Source: Nemertoderma westbladi
Lineage: Eukaryota > Animalia > Xenacoelomorpha
Length of the DNA stretch: 34,521 nucleotides
NCBI GenBank assembly: GCA_032718475.1
Contig: JAUCBJ010007392.1
Coordinates: 1 to 34,521, forward strand
Direction of reading: 5' to 3'
In this document: piece after piece, positions 1-11,814 of the stretch
How the letters are laid out: every line of letters starts with the position of its first letter
Position numbering within the stretch: position 1 is the first letter of the stretch
Notes under the pieces: model-generated
Database searches by the model: none
Told to the model about the DNA's origin: nothing
The model's input: the letters and a program-made list of their open reading frames with translations, nothing else
Program-made: the position numbers and the translations under genes

Positions 1-1074
1 GGGCGGACGAGGGACAACGGGCGACAAATTGTGAATATTTCGCTCGGGGTCCAGGACCTGAACTGTCTCCTGGGCAGTTCTGCGGGGCACAGGTAGCTTA
101 GTGCTATGCAGAGGGAATTTAGAGGTAGTTTCAGGGAGCACAGGTATGTCTATCACCGAAGGGGTGATTTCAAGAACAGGCCTAATTATTTCAGGCTCAT
201 CTACTATAGTAGGGAGTCTTTCTATTTTAATTATTTGGTCTGTGGGCTCTGTACTACCTAAGTTGGTGTTATTTAGTTGCCTTCTAACAGCTGGAGGCAA
301 ATCAGGCAATTTCTGACGGTGGAATGTTCTTTTACGTCTACTTAGACGAGATCTATTTCCTTTGCCTTCAGTATCGGTGGTATCGCCTTCCTCCGATGAT
401 GTATATCCCTGTCTTTTGGGAGTAGATCGATCCATCATCCGCATATTGCTAGCCGTTAACTGTTTATTTATGCAGTCTTGATTCTCCTGAATGTTTTCCA
501 ATTCTAACTGGGTGGTTTCTTCAGTCGCTCTCCGTTCTGCTTCTGCCACTGCCTCTGCCGCCTTTCTTTCAGCTGCTGCTTCTGCCAAGGTCGCCTTTGC
601 TTCTGCCGCTGCCTCTGCCGCCCTTGCCTCTGCCGCTGCCTCTGCCGCCCTTGCCTCTGCCGCTGCCTCTGCCGCCTTTGCCTCTGCCGCTGCCGCTTTT
701 GCCCCTGCTGCTGCCTCTGCCGCTGCCACTTTTCTTTCTGCTTCTGCAGCTACCACTGCTGCTTTCTTTCTGTCTTCTATACGTTTTTTCTTTACTTGTT
801 CTTCTTGGACTCGTGTCAGGCGGAGTTGTTCATCAAATTTAGCCTGATTCGCAGCCCTCATTTCCACATCGATGGCATCCAACACAAGCTTGGTTCCTTC
901 GCTATTAGGGCTAAGTCCCTCTAACCTTCTCCTCAACTCGTCATCACCTAAAAAACGTTGATAGTCTGACAGATAGATGTCAATGGCATCCCTCTTATGC
1001 GGTTTCTCTGCTGTCACTTCGCTCTCGGTTGTATCTAGTAGACTGTCTGACAGATTCTGCTTTGCGTCAGACAT
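1..1074 (-). CDS. gag: Gag polyprotein N-terminus of BEL/Pao copy A (open, runs off the window)
   Basis: ATG at 1074; MSDAKQNLSDSLLDTT-ESEVTAEKPHKRDAIDIYLSDYQRFLG...LGSTEPTDQIIKIERLPTIVDEPEII...; no stop over 358 codons; homologous to the ORFs at 23538, 24888 and 25231. Confidence 0.85.
   Translation of the reverse strand, partial: MSDAKQNLSDSLLDTTESEVTAEKPHKRDAIDIYLSDYQRFLGDDELRRRLEGLSPNSEGTKLVLDAIDVEMRAANQAKFDEQLRLTRVQEEQVKKKRIEDRKKAAVVAAEAERKVAAAEAAAGAKAAAAEAKAAEAAAEARAAEAAAEARAAEAAAEAKATLAEAAAERKAAEAVAEAERRATEETTQLELENIQENQDCINKQLTASNMRMMDRSTPKRQGYTSSEEGDTTDTEGKGNRSRLSRRKRTFHRQKLPDLPPAVRRQLNNTNLGSTEPTDQIIKIERLPTIVDEPEIIRPVLEITPSVIDIPVLPETTSKFPLHSTKLPVPRRTAQETVQVLDPERNIHNLSPVVPRPP
535..770 (-). 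repeat. Ala/Glu/Lys/Arg-rich coding minisatellite in gag (AEAAAEAR-type, predicted helix)
   Basis: Repeated GCCTCTGCCGC(T/C) units; shorter counterpart at 24720-24855. Confidence 0.85.
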
Positions 1075-1162
1075 GCTTATGTGTACAGTTGAATGTCTAC
1101 TGCTGTATTACAGTCTGAGCAAGTCTAGTAACTCAGTATTAACTGCTAGCCTAGTAATTAAT

Positions 1163-1450
1163 TACCGGTACTGCTACTCAGTGTAGCGTGATATATATAA
1201 TATATTAGAATACCGGTATGCTTATAGTATATATAAGTATTATTACAGACTAGGTTTATCTCAGAATACCGGTATAATTTTAGCACAAATATATATAAAT
1301 ATATAATAGGCCTATCGGGAATACCGGTATACAGCTTACAATTTGTAGTATATATAATTCTGGACTAGAATTAATTACAAGTACCGGTATAATTTCAGCC
1401 TAGATTTATAGAAATAAAGATAATAGGCCTATCGTAAATACCGGTATATC
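1163..1450. repeat. Degenerate ~55-60 bp array centred on the TACCGGTA palindrome, just upstream of gag (copy A)
   Basis: TACCGGTA at about 1163, 1211, 1267, 1322, 1382 and 1439. Confidence 0.75.
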
Positions 1451-2394
1451 AATGATTTCAAAATAATTTAATTTCTGTTACTTTAGGGTTACTTTGTTAC
1501 TTTACTTACTTTATTACCGTTATTTGAGCAGTAATCCAACTGATATTGAGACCTAATGGTTGTATGGTAGGCCTACGATTTATAAATCGTTAGATTTGAT
1601 TTATAATATATATATACCCGTTTTAATGGGTTTTGTCAATGTTTGAAATAAATGTTATTATTTCTGGGGAGTAATCACTACACAAAGCGGTGCGCTTTCA
1701 GTGAAGTGTTACGTACAGGACACTAAAACAAATAATACTAATTTACCTAAGTTACTTAATACTACAAATTACGTACAATTCGGGTGAGATTACAATCTCT
1801 AAATAAACACAAAATTTACAAAAAACACAAAATACGAATTTTTAGGGTAATTTTACAAGAAGTCTACAAACCAGCCTAACAAAGGGTTAGATAACCGGTT
1901 ATTACAACGGACAGAGTACTACGGTATTTGAAATAATAAGTAGTAGTAAATACACTGCGTTGTCTAGATAGGAAAATACCACCGCCTGACGACCTATAGC
2001 CGTATCGCTATAGGTTCTACGTTATGTATCACGGAGTGTTCCTACCTAGAAGTTAATAGAGCTAATCGAATGTGCCTATCAACCACTTTACAACACAAAT
2101 ATAATGTCTACAATAATTACTTCGGAAAGTACTGTACACTAAACCCTAAATTAGGTACGAGTACTTATATAACAGACAATCAGTAGTTAAATATACTTGA
2201 ACAGCTAAAAGAACCACGGCATCTGCTGGAGTGACCGATGCACAAAATCACCAGTCTTTACCTACGCCGAGCAGCCCGTGTAGTACCGAGGTTAATTTAA
2301 CTATAGCGGTATGTATAACAAACACAATTACTGTAGGAACAAACTTGGGGACTTGAATGTTGCGAATAATCGCATAAACTCTGAATAATAAATA

Positions 2395-3480
2395 TTACGC
2401 TACGCGTACAAACTACTCAAACAAAATACAGACCGAACACTGACAGACTACTATCAAGCCCAAACAAACTACGGTATATGCAGACTCCGAAATGATTAGG
2501 GAGTATGCGCTCTAACCCAGTAGTGCGACTTATTCTTTAGTTGGGGTTTACCTTACAGCGTTCGCTGCCCTTACTGCCTAATCGTACTTAATCGGACAGA
2601 TGATCTACACACGCGGCAATCCGTTCAGACTTAATAACAGCCAGACAACTATCCAGCCTACAAATTATTTAAATAAAATTATACGCTACCCGTACAGACT
2701 TACACAAACAGAGTACAGACTAAACGATGGCAGACTACTCTCAAGCCTAAATAAACTACAGGACATGCAGACTCCGAAATGATTAGGGAGTATGCGCTCT
2801 AACCCAGTAGTGCGACTTATTCTTTAGTTGGGGTTTACCTTACAGCGTTGCTGCCCCTACTTCCTAACCGTACTTAATCGGACAAGTGCTCTACACCCAG
2901 ACTGGAATCCATACACTTTGCGCCGGATTAATCCGGCGCACTTTACAATAAAAGCGCGCCAATGTGGCGCGTGGCGCGCTCGAAAATCGTAAAGTGCGCC
3001 GGCTTTGGCGTGTGGCGCTCCCAAAAATAAAAACCGGCGCCAATTTGTTGGTTGAACAACTACGGAAGTGCCTTAAAAATTGCAATAGCTGTTAAAAAAT
3101 TTCGGCTCGCTTCGCTCCCCTTTCTTTTTTCTGTTGTATGGTCAGATGGTTACTGCTGAACAGGGACATGCAGACATGTACAGCTCTATAGCAATACTGA
3201 CATTGGCAGACTGGTTACACTCCTTCAAAATTGAAATTGCATTGGCGCAGCGCTCTTCAAAATTGTATCAAATGTGCGGCGCGCTTAAAAATTTCGTTGG
3301 AGCAGGGCTTGCTTTGAAATTGCATCGGCGCGTGGCGCGCATAAAAATTGGTTGGCGCGCTATCCGGTGCACTTTTTGGATGGATTCCATACAGGCTCTA
3401 CACACACTGCAATTCGTTCGGACTTAACAGCAATCAGACAACAGCTCAGCCTACAAATTGTCTGTACAATCTGATCAGGT
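2395..3480. repeat. ~287-bp tandem duplication in the copy A leader (second unit interrupted by a MITE)
   Basis: GCAGACTCCGAAATGATTAGGGAGTATGCGCTCTAACCCAGTAGTGCGACTTATTC occurs at ~2480 and ~2767; single copy in element B (~21950-22225). Confidence 0.85.
2897..3395. mobile_element. Non-autonomous DNA transposon (hAT-like MITE)
   Basis: 8-bp TSD CTCTACAC (2889-2896, 3396-3403); imperfect TIRs CC....TGGAATCCAT...CCGGAT; repeated GGCGCG subterminal motifs; empty site in copy B at ~22005-22020. Confidence 0.8.
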
Positions 3481-4337
3481 TTACACGCCTTCTGTTCAAT
3501 ACTGGCCTACAAATAAATAAAACTGACAGAAATAGGCCTAAGTAAAATCCCAATAAAAACCAGGCGTCCCCGATTAATTATTAAGACCTACCGGCATATA
3601 TAATCAAATCGAATAATACTGCTGTACTTATACGGAAGTAGGTACCGGTCCGGATGATCAGGCAGTCAGGCCTACTGGTTACCGGTCGACCGGTACTTTC
3701 GACTTTATTGCTTACTGCAACAAAGAAGCGATATCCTTTAATGTTCGCGCTTTCAGACCTTTGGCAGTTTAACCCACCAAATTAAGATGTCTTCTAGATA
3801 TTAAATCTGCTTTTAGTCTATGACAAGTATTTGATTCACTACACTAGTCAGCTAGTCGAAACCAATCCGTGCGCGACCATTCACCCGCTGGATATTCCCG
3901 GGAGATTGGGTTCGACGGTTTAATTTTATTGCTATGTAAGCCTAATGTATTATTCGACTGACAGTATTATATAATCTCTGACAATATTATTCACCTTCGG
4001 GAAATATTAACAGTTCCTTTAGGACGTGGCGCTCTATCTATACAAACAGAGTTATGACTTAAACTACTCACAACGATATGGCTTAATTATAATTCACATA
4101 TATGGTGCATTCTTTAGGAATTGCTTCTTTAACAGACTCACTCATACACAATGCTGCACAATACTGCACACTAATCTGCCAATCTTCACTGATTTTAGTC
4201 ACATATAAAAGGAACACAGACTGAATCATGTAGGGTCTATCAAATAACATTAGATTCACTTCAAACCACTTTAACATAAGTCACAATCGTTATTGGCAGT
4301 TAGGTACAATGGCCAAATCTGGCAATGATTGTGATTG

Positions 4338-7300
4338 CAGCTAGGAACTTTCACCCGTTAGACGGGTGGACAATCCAGCCCTTTAATGGGTGTCCTAATA
4401 AAATAAGATAATTATTATTTTCCGAAGTTAATTAATTATTTATTTAAGTTACCAGTGCGCCTGCACAATTTATTATTTTCTTCACCTTTCAGTTACCAAA
4501 CAGTACTGCGTAATTAATTATTATCTTTAAGATGATAAAGTATTTTCTTCTTACCAGTAAGTTGATAAATTATTATATTTATTATGACAGTCACAGTAGG
4601 CCCTACAGTAATTATTATTTTCTTACTGGTAAGTTAATCAATTATTTTCTTAGGATATTAATTATTTCAATACACAGTAGCGTAGGCCTACGATAATAAA
4701 TTATGTCTTATGTCATTACACATTAGGTAGGTATATGTCTAAGATAATTAATTTTTCATTAAGATAATTAATTATTTTATTAATTATTATATTAAGTTAC
4801 TAGTTAAATATTTTATTAAGTTAATTAATTATTTTAATTAAATTAGTTAACTAATTATATTATATTTAATTAGGTAATTATTTTAGTAGGGTTTCCTCGG
4901 CAAAATTTGGCTGCACTTTGAAACCAAATCTTAAGGTAGGAATAATGATGTAATGGCTGGCCTGGCTTTTAGATACTGTAGCTCAGCAACTGGGATGAGT
5001 TACGAAAGTCTATGAATTAATTTAGTTAAGCAGGCTGGTGGATATGAGGTACACACAGTAACATAACACACACACCCACAGGGCAAACAAACCAGGCTAG
5101 CTAGCTACTACAGCATGGCCCAGGCCCAGTAAGTATTACTAATAGCTACCTTGTATGTTGATTGCTTCAGGCATCACTGCTTGCCCTGTGGGCTCAACGT
5201 AATTTTGGTTTGTGTGTGCTTGCTTATATAATCTATTTAAAAAGGCAGCCTTCTCTGCTGCTCTGCCTCTGGGCTGTGTGGCCACGGTTTTCACATGTTG
5301 GCTGTTAGCTGTATCCTGTATAAGATACCAGACCCGGAGTTGGATGGGTTCCTGAGCTAAATTAATTTTCCTTTGGTCTGTCTCAATAATCTATAATTGA
5401 TTGCCCTGCATAATTGCTTGTGGCTTGCAGGCTGGGCTTAGGTTCTATACACTTACCTAATATTTGAAGATGGGGGGGGGGGGGGGGGTGATGTTGTGAG
5501 TTTCGTTTATTGTTTTGGATAGAATAACGTACCCCTGTAACCTGCGGCTGCAAAAATAAAAAATTATAGAGTAAATTATAAAGTTGCCCAAAACAATACA
5601 AATCCTATTCAACATCTCTTTTTTTGGATGTGGAGTTGAGTATAATATATCGAATGTTTAGTGCAGAGGCCTAACGGGTATTTTTCGTGCGGGTACCAAA
5701 ATTTGGTAACGAAATTTCCAAAATTGAATGTTTCGAATAGACAAAAATTTTAAATATTTCGTGCTGCACCCACTTTTGGTGCCCGCACGAAAAATGGTCG
5801 TTGCATTACTTGTATCAACTCAATTGCATTACCATTGAATTCGCCACCACCAAATATACACGTAAGACTTGAATTGCAAATCAAACACATTACTGCATTA
5901 TGTCACATTTTCCGCAATTGAATTTTTTCAAGAATGTGTTAAAATATACCATTAATATTGTTACCATATTTCATTGGATTTCTTTAAAAAATGGCCGAGT
6001 AATCAGGTCTGGGTCGAATCCCCCCCCCCCCCCCCCCCCCAGACTGTAGGAAGATCTAAATGGCCCAGGGTAGACAGGGTTAAGAATTGCGATGTACATT
6101 CACAACAATATTGGAACAAAGGTCGTAATTATTAGAATAAAGTTCGCAACCCATTGGAACAGAGTTCCCAAACTGAGGAACTGACTGAACAAAATACCAC
6201 ACAGGCTGCTCAGGGCACTCATAACAGAGGTGCAATTTAAATGCCATTTAAATCATTTTGCTTGTTCCAATGCATTGCATAAGCAAGGACAGAAGGATGA
6301 TGCTTTGACATGGAGGGTGGGGGGGGGGGGGGGGGGGGGTTGGAGTGATCATGGGGCATCATGCATGATCTTTTGGCGTTTGATTTGTCTTCATTTGGCC
6401 CAGATTTCTTTAAGTTGACCTTGAGGTCGTTGACCTTACAATATATTGCTGATTTATTGAGAGCATCTTGAACCGTACCACTCAATGATTGACCATATAT
6501 TACTACATCGTTTAAAATAATAAAGGTATAATAAAGGTGAAAGCTATCACCTTGTATTACTCCGACTACTGTAGCTGTCTAATAGGGTCCAGCCAAGCCA
6601 GTGCATAAACACCAATAGAGACACATATAATTACATGCCGGGAAAGCCCAAACTTCAGTAATCAGAGTTATAGAAGTAATGCAAAATTATTAAAGGAGGG
6701 GGGATTCATGCAATTCTTAAAATGGGCGTTTGAAAGTTGCATGATATCAATATCACATTTGGTATCCTTGTATGGCCAGCTTTCCATCTCTCCGAAAAAT
6801 TCTGACCCAATACAGCAATAAGATGGAGGAATCTGTTACAAAATTCATGCAATTCATATAATTCATGCAATTCTAATTTACGGTTTTTAGAAAAATTTGG
6901 CTCCAATTTAGAAAATCTGTGCACCACGACTGTGAGGTTTGCTATCACTGTGCAATCAAATCTCGCTGTGAATACCGTACCTAACTGTATTTTATAACTG
7001 TAATTAATTAAATTAATTATTTTTGCCTAATTGAGTTAATTAACTTTAATTAATTTCGGGATCAGGATTTCAATTATCATATTTTTACATTACTCTTACT
7101 TACAGACTTATGGTTAGCCAAACAGTCAAAAATGAACTGAGCAGTAATGCAGAAATGAGCTGGCTGGGCGCCAGTGCAAGTCAGCAATTCAAGGCCAAAT
7201 CAGCAAATTGAAGGAATTGTGAAATGGTGTCCTAGTCCTCTGCTCTAGCCTGTGTGAAGGAGAACTTAACTTCATAGAGCATAAAGAAATAACTTGTAAC

Positions 7301-7975
7301 TTACCGCCAGTAACTTACCGCCAGTATATTAACTTAATGTCTTCATAAAGGGATATAATTAGGATACTACCAGTAGTGTAGTGTAGCAGTCCAGCCCAGC
7401 AGCCACCCCACCAGCCATCAGCCGGGCGCTTTTGTGTAGGTTTGCCTAAGGCATAGCAGATGCCATGTTAGGTAACTCAGCTAATGTCGGACAAGAGCTG
7501 CAGAGTAATATGTAATACAGTAAGTATAATAAGAAAGCCAATGCTATGCTGGCTGCCTCAATTAGTACACAGTGTGTGTGTGTGTATACTAGGAAGGATG
7601 GTAGTGGTAGACAGTGGAGGTCTGCTCTCTGGTGTGTTGATTGGCAGCCTGGCTCCATAGATGGGAAGGAATCTGCTTGCCTCAGGGGGATGACGAGTAG
7701 CAGATAAAATTGTACAAATCCACCCGTTTGACGGGTGGAATTCAATTAATTCTTAATTAAAAGTTAACTATGCTGTAATTTTAATTTTTACAGGACCAAA
7801 ATATGTAGTTTTGCCTGCTCTATGTCACAATACCAATTTTACTCGTGCGTCTAAAAAAATAGCAATGCGAATTTAATTTTAATTTTTAATAGGGATTTGT
7901 GTGGAGAAATACAAACTCATCCACCCGTTTGAGGGGTGTCTGTCCAGCCGTTTGACGGGTGAAAGTTCCTAACTG
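4338..7975. mobile_element. Second CAG...CTG non-autonomous DNA transposon with 5-bp TSD, nested in the first
   Basis: TIR CAG(C/T)TAGGAACTTTCACCCGT...ACGG.TGGACA at both ends; TSD GATTG (4333-4337, 7976-7980); CACCCGTTTGACGGGTG hairpin motifs (e.g. 7721-7737). Confidence 0.88.
5470..6083. mobile_element. Possible piggyBac-like MITE remnant
   Basis: Right end ...GTAGACAGGG|TTAA (6076-6083); poly-G (~5472) and poly-C (~6019-6040) tracts in inverted arrangement; matching left TTAA|CCCT end not found. Confidence 0.35.
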
Positions 7976-9915
7976 GATTGCCATATTTGGCAACCAAGCA
8001 AAATCTGGCAACATTTCTGATTGCCTGATTTGGCAACTATATAAAGCCGTTGTTGCCATATTTGGCAACTTAACTAACTCATTGCAGCATTGAATATGGA
8101 TTATATGGTTCTGCGTCATTAAGTCGTTCTATGGCAGTATGGCCATTCCTTAGATCCTGAAATGTTAATGTTAGGCCTAGAAAAAAGGCAAAGGGGTAGG
8201 GCCCAGGTTACAGGTTATACTTATACCGGTCAGCCGGTAGTGGCATATTCTAAGTTCTATGTCTAACCAATACAGCAATATATCCTAATAAATGACAGAA
8301 TGAGGTGAGAATGAGAGTCAATAACACAAACACAGACTGACTGGTGATAGTTTTTTTGCTTTTTTGACATTTTTGCTAGTAGTAATCTCTGGCGCTGCTT
8401 GGGGAGGTGGTTGATTGTTGTTTGTACCAATAATAGTTTAGTAGTTAAAGATTGTAACGTAACTGTGTAATGCTGATACAATTGCCCAGCAATCTAAATC
8501 ATCCTTCACTCTATATCTGTATATTAGTTCAGTATATCTATCTTTCCATTCCTACATCAGTACATACAGACATATAATGAAAATAATTTCATCCCGTTTT
8601 TCATTAGCTGATTAGGGCCTACACCTACTAGAAACAATTTGTTGAATCCCTTAACCTGTTAACACGCGTTTTGGTTTTCTCAGTCTTTCTAAATTTTGAC
8701 ACTATTTTTCTTCCGTCACGCCGTTTCTCAAACTTTAATGCCCCCTTGCCTTCTTGCTGCCTTTTGGTGATGTTAACGTTCTGACGTTGTCAAATATTAT
8801 TACGTTTATTTCCATTTCAGCCTTTGAAGCATGTGATTCTTTAGATTTGTTTATGCCTATACCATAGGGCCTATGCCATTCTACCAGTACGGTATCTGTT
8901 ACAGACTCATCCATCTGTCCATTAACATATTAACAACATATAAAATAGATTCATTCTGACATTTCATCAACTAATAATGTTTATAAATCATCACAACTCG
9001 ACAAGGGTAAGCAAGCAGTAAGCAATTTTGAAGTAATTTACAATGACAGGGTTACTGACAGGGCTGCACAATAATAATTGTTGCCAAAAATGGCAACCAT
9101 TATTTTTCTTTAATTCTAATGGTTGCCAAAAATGGCAATAATTATTTTAGGCACATTTCGGCCTATTGCTAAGAGAAATTCAGACGATGATTTTTTTTCT
9201 TATACGGTCAATTATATTTAAATTTCGCGCTCTTTTCACTTAACTACCGTAATCTGGGGTTACTTGGGCCATGGGGTCAACTTGGGCCATTGTGTACAGA
9301 ACCACTTTAAATATTTAATTCGTAGGTAAAATAAACTTTGGAATATCATATTGCCACATTTTAAACAACTTTTAGAGTTTACGAATCTGATGTTAAGTTT
9401 ACAGTTCCATTAGATGTGCATTTATGTTGGAAAATATCCCAGCTTAATTCATGTTCGAATAAGTAGAATTACATGACTGTTCAAAATGGGTATCATATTT
9501 ATGTTTCCTATGGGCAATTATGAAATGTCATTGCATGATATATGTACTACACTAATATATATGTTGTAATTATTAAACATTTCTGGTTGTAACAAATCTG
9601 AAAAACAATATTTTAATTTTTGTGACGGGGTCTTCAATAAGTTGAAAATTGGGGCAACTTGGGCCAGTTTGACTGCTTGGCGGGAGGGCCACTACTAGTA
9701 TTACAATTACATTTCTTATACTACTGTACTGTAGTATATCTTATTATAGGCCTACTGTATTTCTCTACTTCACTTACACTGTTACAAGCCCTGTGGCGCA
9801 GGACATTCAGACAGCTGTGGTTTGAGGTAGGCCTAGCTGCCTAGTATAATAGGTTTAAAGTCTAGTTACATGTCTTGCTAATTTTCTGTATTTTATTGTA
9901 CTGTTATATGGAACA

Positions 9916-11814
9916 ATGCCAAGAATACATAAACGACGATTAGGGTCTAGGAAATACCTAGATTTTACTGAAGAAACTCTACAAAAGGCCATTTCTGCCT
10001 TAGAGAATGGTATGAGTCAAAGAGATGTTGCCTCTAAATATAATGTTCCGAGATCAACTCTTCAACGACGCATGAAGAAGCGTGAACCAAATCCACCTGG
10101 ACGTCCAACAGTGTTATCACTGGAACAGGAGAAGATTATTATTAACAGAATTCAATTAATGTGCGATTGGGGATTTCCTGTAGATGCCTTTGACCTTCGC
10201 GTTCTTGTGAAAAACATCTTAGATCAAAAAGGGGTTTCCATCAAAATATTTAAAGAGAACTTGCCTAGCAATGAATTTGTATATTCATTTATTCGTCGTC
10301 ATAGCTGCCTGACCCAACGTTTAGCTGGCAATATAAAACGTAAAAGGGCCCAAGTAGATGCCACTATCATCAATGATTTCTTTGACCGCTACTCAAAGGA
10401 GGCAGATAGCATACAGCCCGATTGCATTTTTAACTATGACGAAACGAATTTGTCTGACAATCCGGGACAAAAGAAAGTATTAATGAAACGCGGGACCAAG
10501 TACCCAGAACGCGTAATTAATCATTCAAAGTCATCAACAAGTATAATGATGTGTGGCTCTGCAGCTGGTGAATTGTTGCCACCTTTCGTGGTATACAAAG
10601 CCTTGTCAGTTTATACATCATGGACATTAGGTGGACCACCTGGTACGCGATATTCGTGCTCAAAATCGGGATGGTTTGAAACAGCTGGATTTGAAAACTG
10701 GTTCTCCACATTACTTCTACCAGTGATTAAAAGTAAACCCCCAGATTGCACAAAAGTTGTTGTTGGCGATAATCTGTCAACGCATCTATCGCTGAATGTC
10801 CTACGACTGTGTGAGAAGCACAATATCAAGTTTATTTGTCTTCCACCTAATACAACAGATAAGACACAGCCTCTCAATGTAGCATTCTTTGCACCATTTA
10901 AGCGACGTTGGAGAACGATATTGCAATTGTTTAAGCAAAAAAATCCAAAGATTGAGTCAATACCAAAGAGTACCTTTCCCATCTTGCTTCGGCAACTAAT
11001 ATCAGCTGTGACTGACACCCAATCCGCAAATCTAGCCCTGATTGCTGGCTTTGCAAAGACTGGTCTGCATCCAATTGATCGCCAGAAAGTAATTGACAAG
11101 TTACCAGCTGAAACAACACGGAATGGTGATGATACTTCTAATTCTAACTCTGGTATTGAAGTGGACCAAGCATTAATAACCTTGTTAAAACATGTTACAG
11201 GTCGGGAAGAAGTTGATGTAGTTGCTGGTGACAATGTGCGTAATAGTTCTAAGAGAGGCAAAAAGATGAAGATCGTGGCAGGTCAATCTGTTAGTGCGAA
11301 GGATGTTGAACAACACATGGAGGAACTTATTCAGCAAGATCAGGAGAAGAAACGCAAAGCAGAAGAGAGAAAACGGGATCGTGAAAACAAAAAAAAGAAT
11401 AAACAAGCACTGGTGCAGAGAGGGGTGCGGAAGAAGAAGACACCAAATAGAAGGAGAAAACGGACACCAACACCATCACCTTCAGTATCCAAGACTTCAT
11501 CAGGAGGTGAAAGCGGATGGTCTGATACAGAAACATCTGGATGTGTTGACTCAGAAACAGCGCGATGGACCGACACAGAAACACCTGGATGGGTTAACTC
11601 AGCAACAGCAGGATGGGTTGACTCAGAAAGAGGAGGGGTTGATTCAGAATCATTGGGATGGGATAACTTAGAAACACCTGGATGGGCTGACTCAGAAACA
11701 GAGGCTGCTGTTGAGAGTTCAGGAACAGAAGCTGCTATGGAGAGTTCAGAAACGGAGTATGAGTATGAGGGATTTTTAATACCCCCGGAACTGATACAAC
11801 TATGTGACGAATGA
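9916..11814 (+). CDS. pogo/Tigger-like transposase (psq-type HTH, CENP-B-type HTH, DDE_1 domain, basic coiled coil/NLS, GW-repeat acidic tail), 632 aa
   Basis: MSQRDVASKYNVPRSTL HTH; GRPTVLS; IFNYDET, VVGDNLSTH and LPPNTT..QPLN motifs; 35 residues between second D and third position (N). Confidence 0.92.
   Translation: MPRIHKRRLGSRKYLDFTEETLQKAISALENGMSQRDVASKYNVPRSTLQRRMKKREPNPPGRPTVLSLEQEKIIINRIQLMCDWGFPVDAFDLRVLVKNILDQKGVSIKIFKENLPSNEFVYSFIRRHSCLTQRLAGNIKRKRAQVDATIINDFFDRYSKEADSIQPDCIFNYDETNLSDNPGQKKVLMKRGTKYPERVINHSKSSTSIMMCGSAAGELLPPFVVYKALSVYTSWTLGGPPGTRYSCSKSGWFETAGFENWFSTLLLPVIKSKPPDCTKVVVGDNLSTHLSLNVLRLCEKHNIKFICLPPNTTDKTQPLNVAFFAPFKRRWRTILQLFKQKNPKIESIPKSTFPILLRQLISAVTDTQSANLALIAGFAKTGLHPIDRQKVIDKLPAETTRNGDDTSNSNSGIEVDQALITLLKHVTGREEVDVVAGDNVRNSSKRGKKMKIVAGQSVSAKDVEQHMEELIQQDQEKKRKAEERKRDRENKKKNKQALVQRGVRKKKTPNRRRKRTPTPSPSVSKTSSGGESGWSDTETSGCVDSETARWTDTETPGWVNSATAGWVDSERGGVDSESLGWDNLETPGWADSETEAAVESSGTEAAMESSETEYEYEGFLIPPELIQLCDE
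11515..11754 (+). repeat. 24-bp coding tandem repeat (GWxDSETx, ~8 units) followed by two 27-bp units
   Basis: GGATGGGTTGACTCAGAAACAnCn-like units translate as GWSDTETS/GCVDSETA/RWTDTETP/GWVNSATA/GWVDSERG/GVDSESL/GWDNLETP/GWADSETE. Confidence 0.9.

Noticed and set aside
101-1186. Plus-strand ORFs (Ala-rich, Leu/Pro-rich) and other antisense ORFs over gag, pol and the transposase
   Set aside because: Shadows of the real ORFs and their repeats; no independent motifs.
6690-6990. Kolobok-like TTAA|AGG end
   Set aside because: No matching opposite terminus found.
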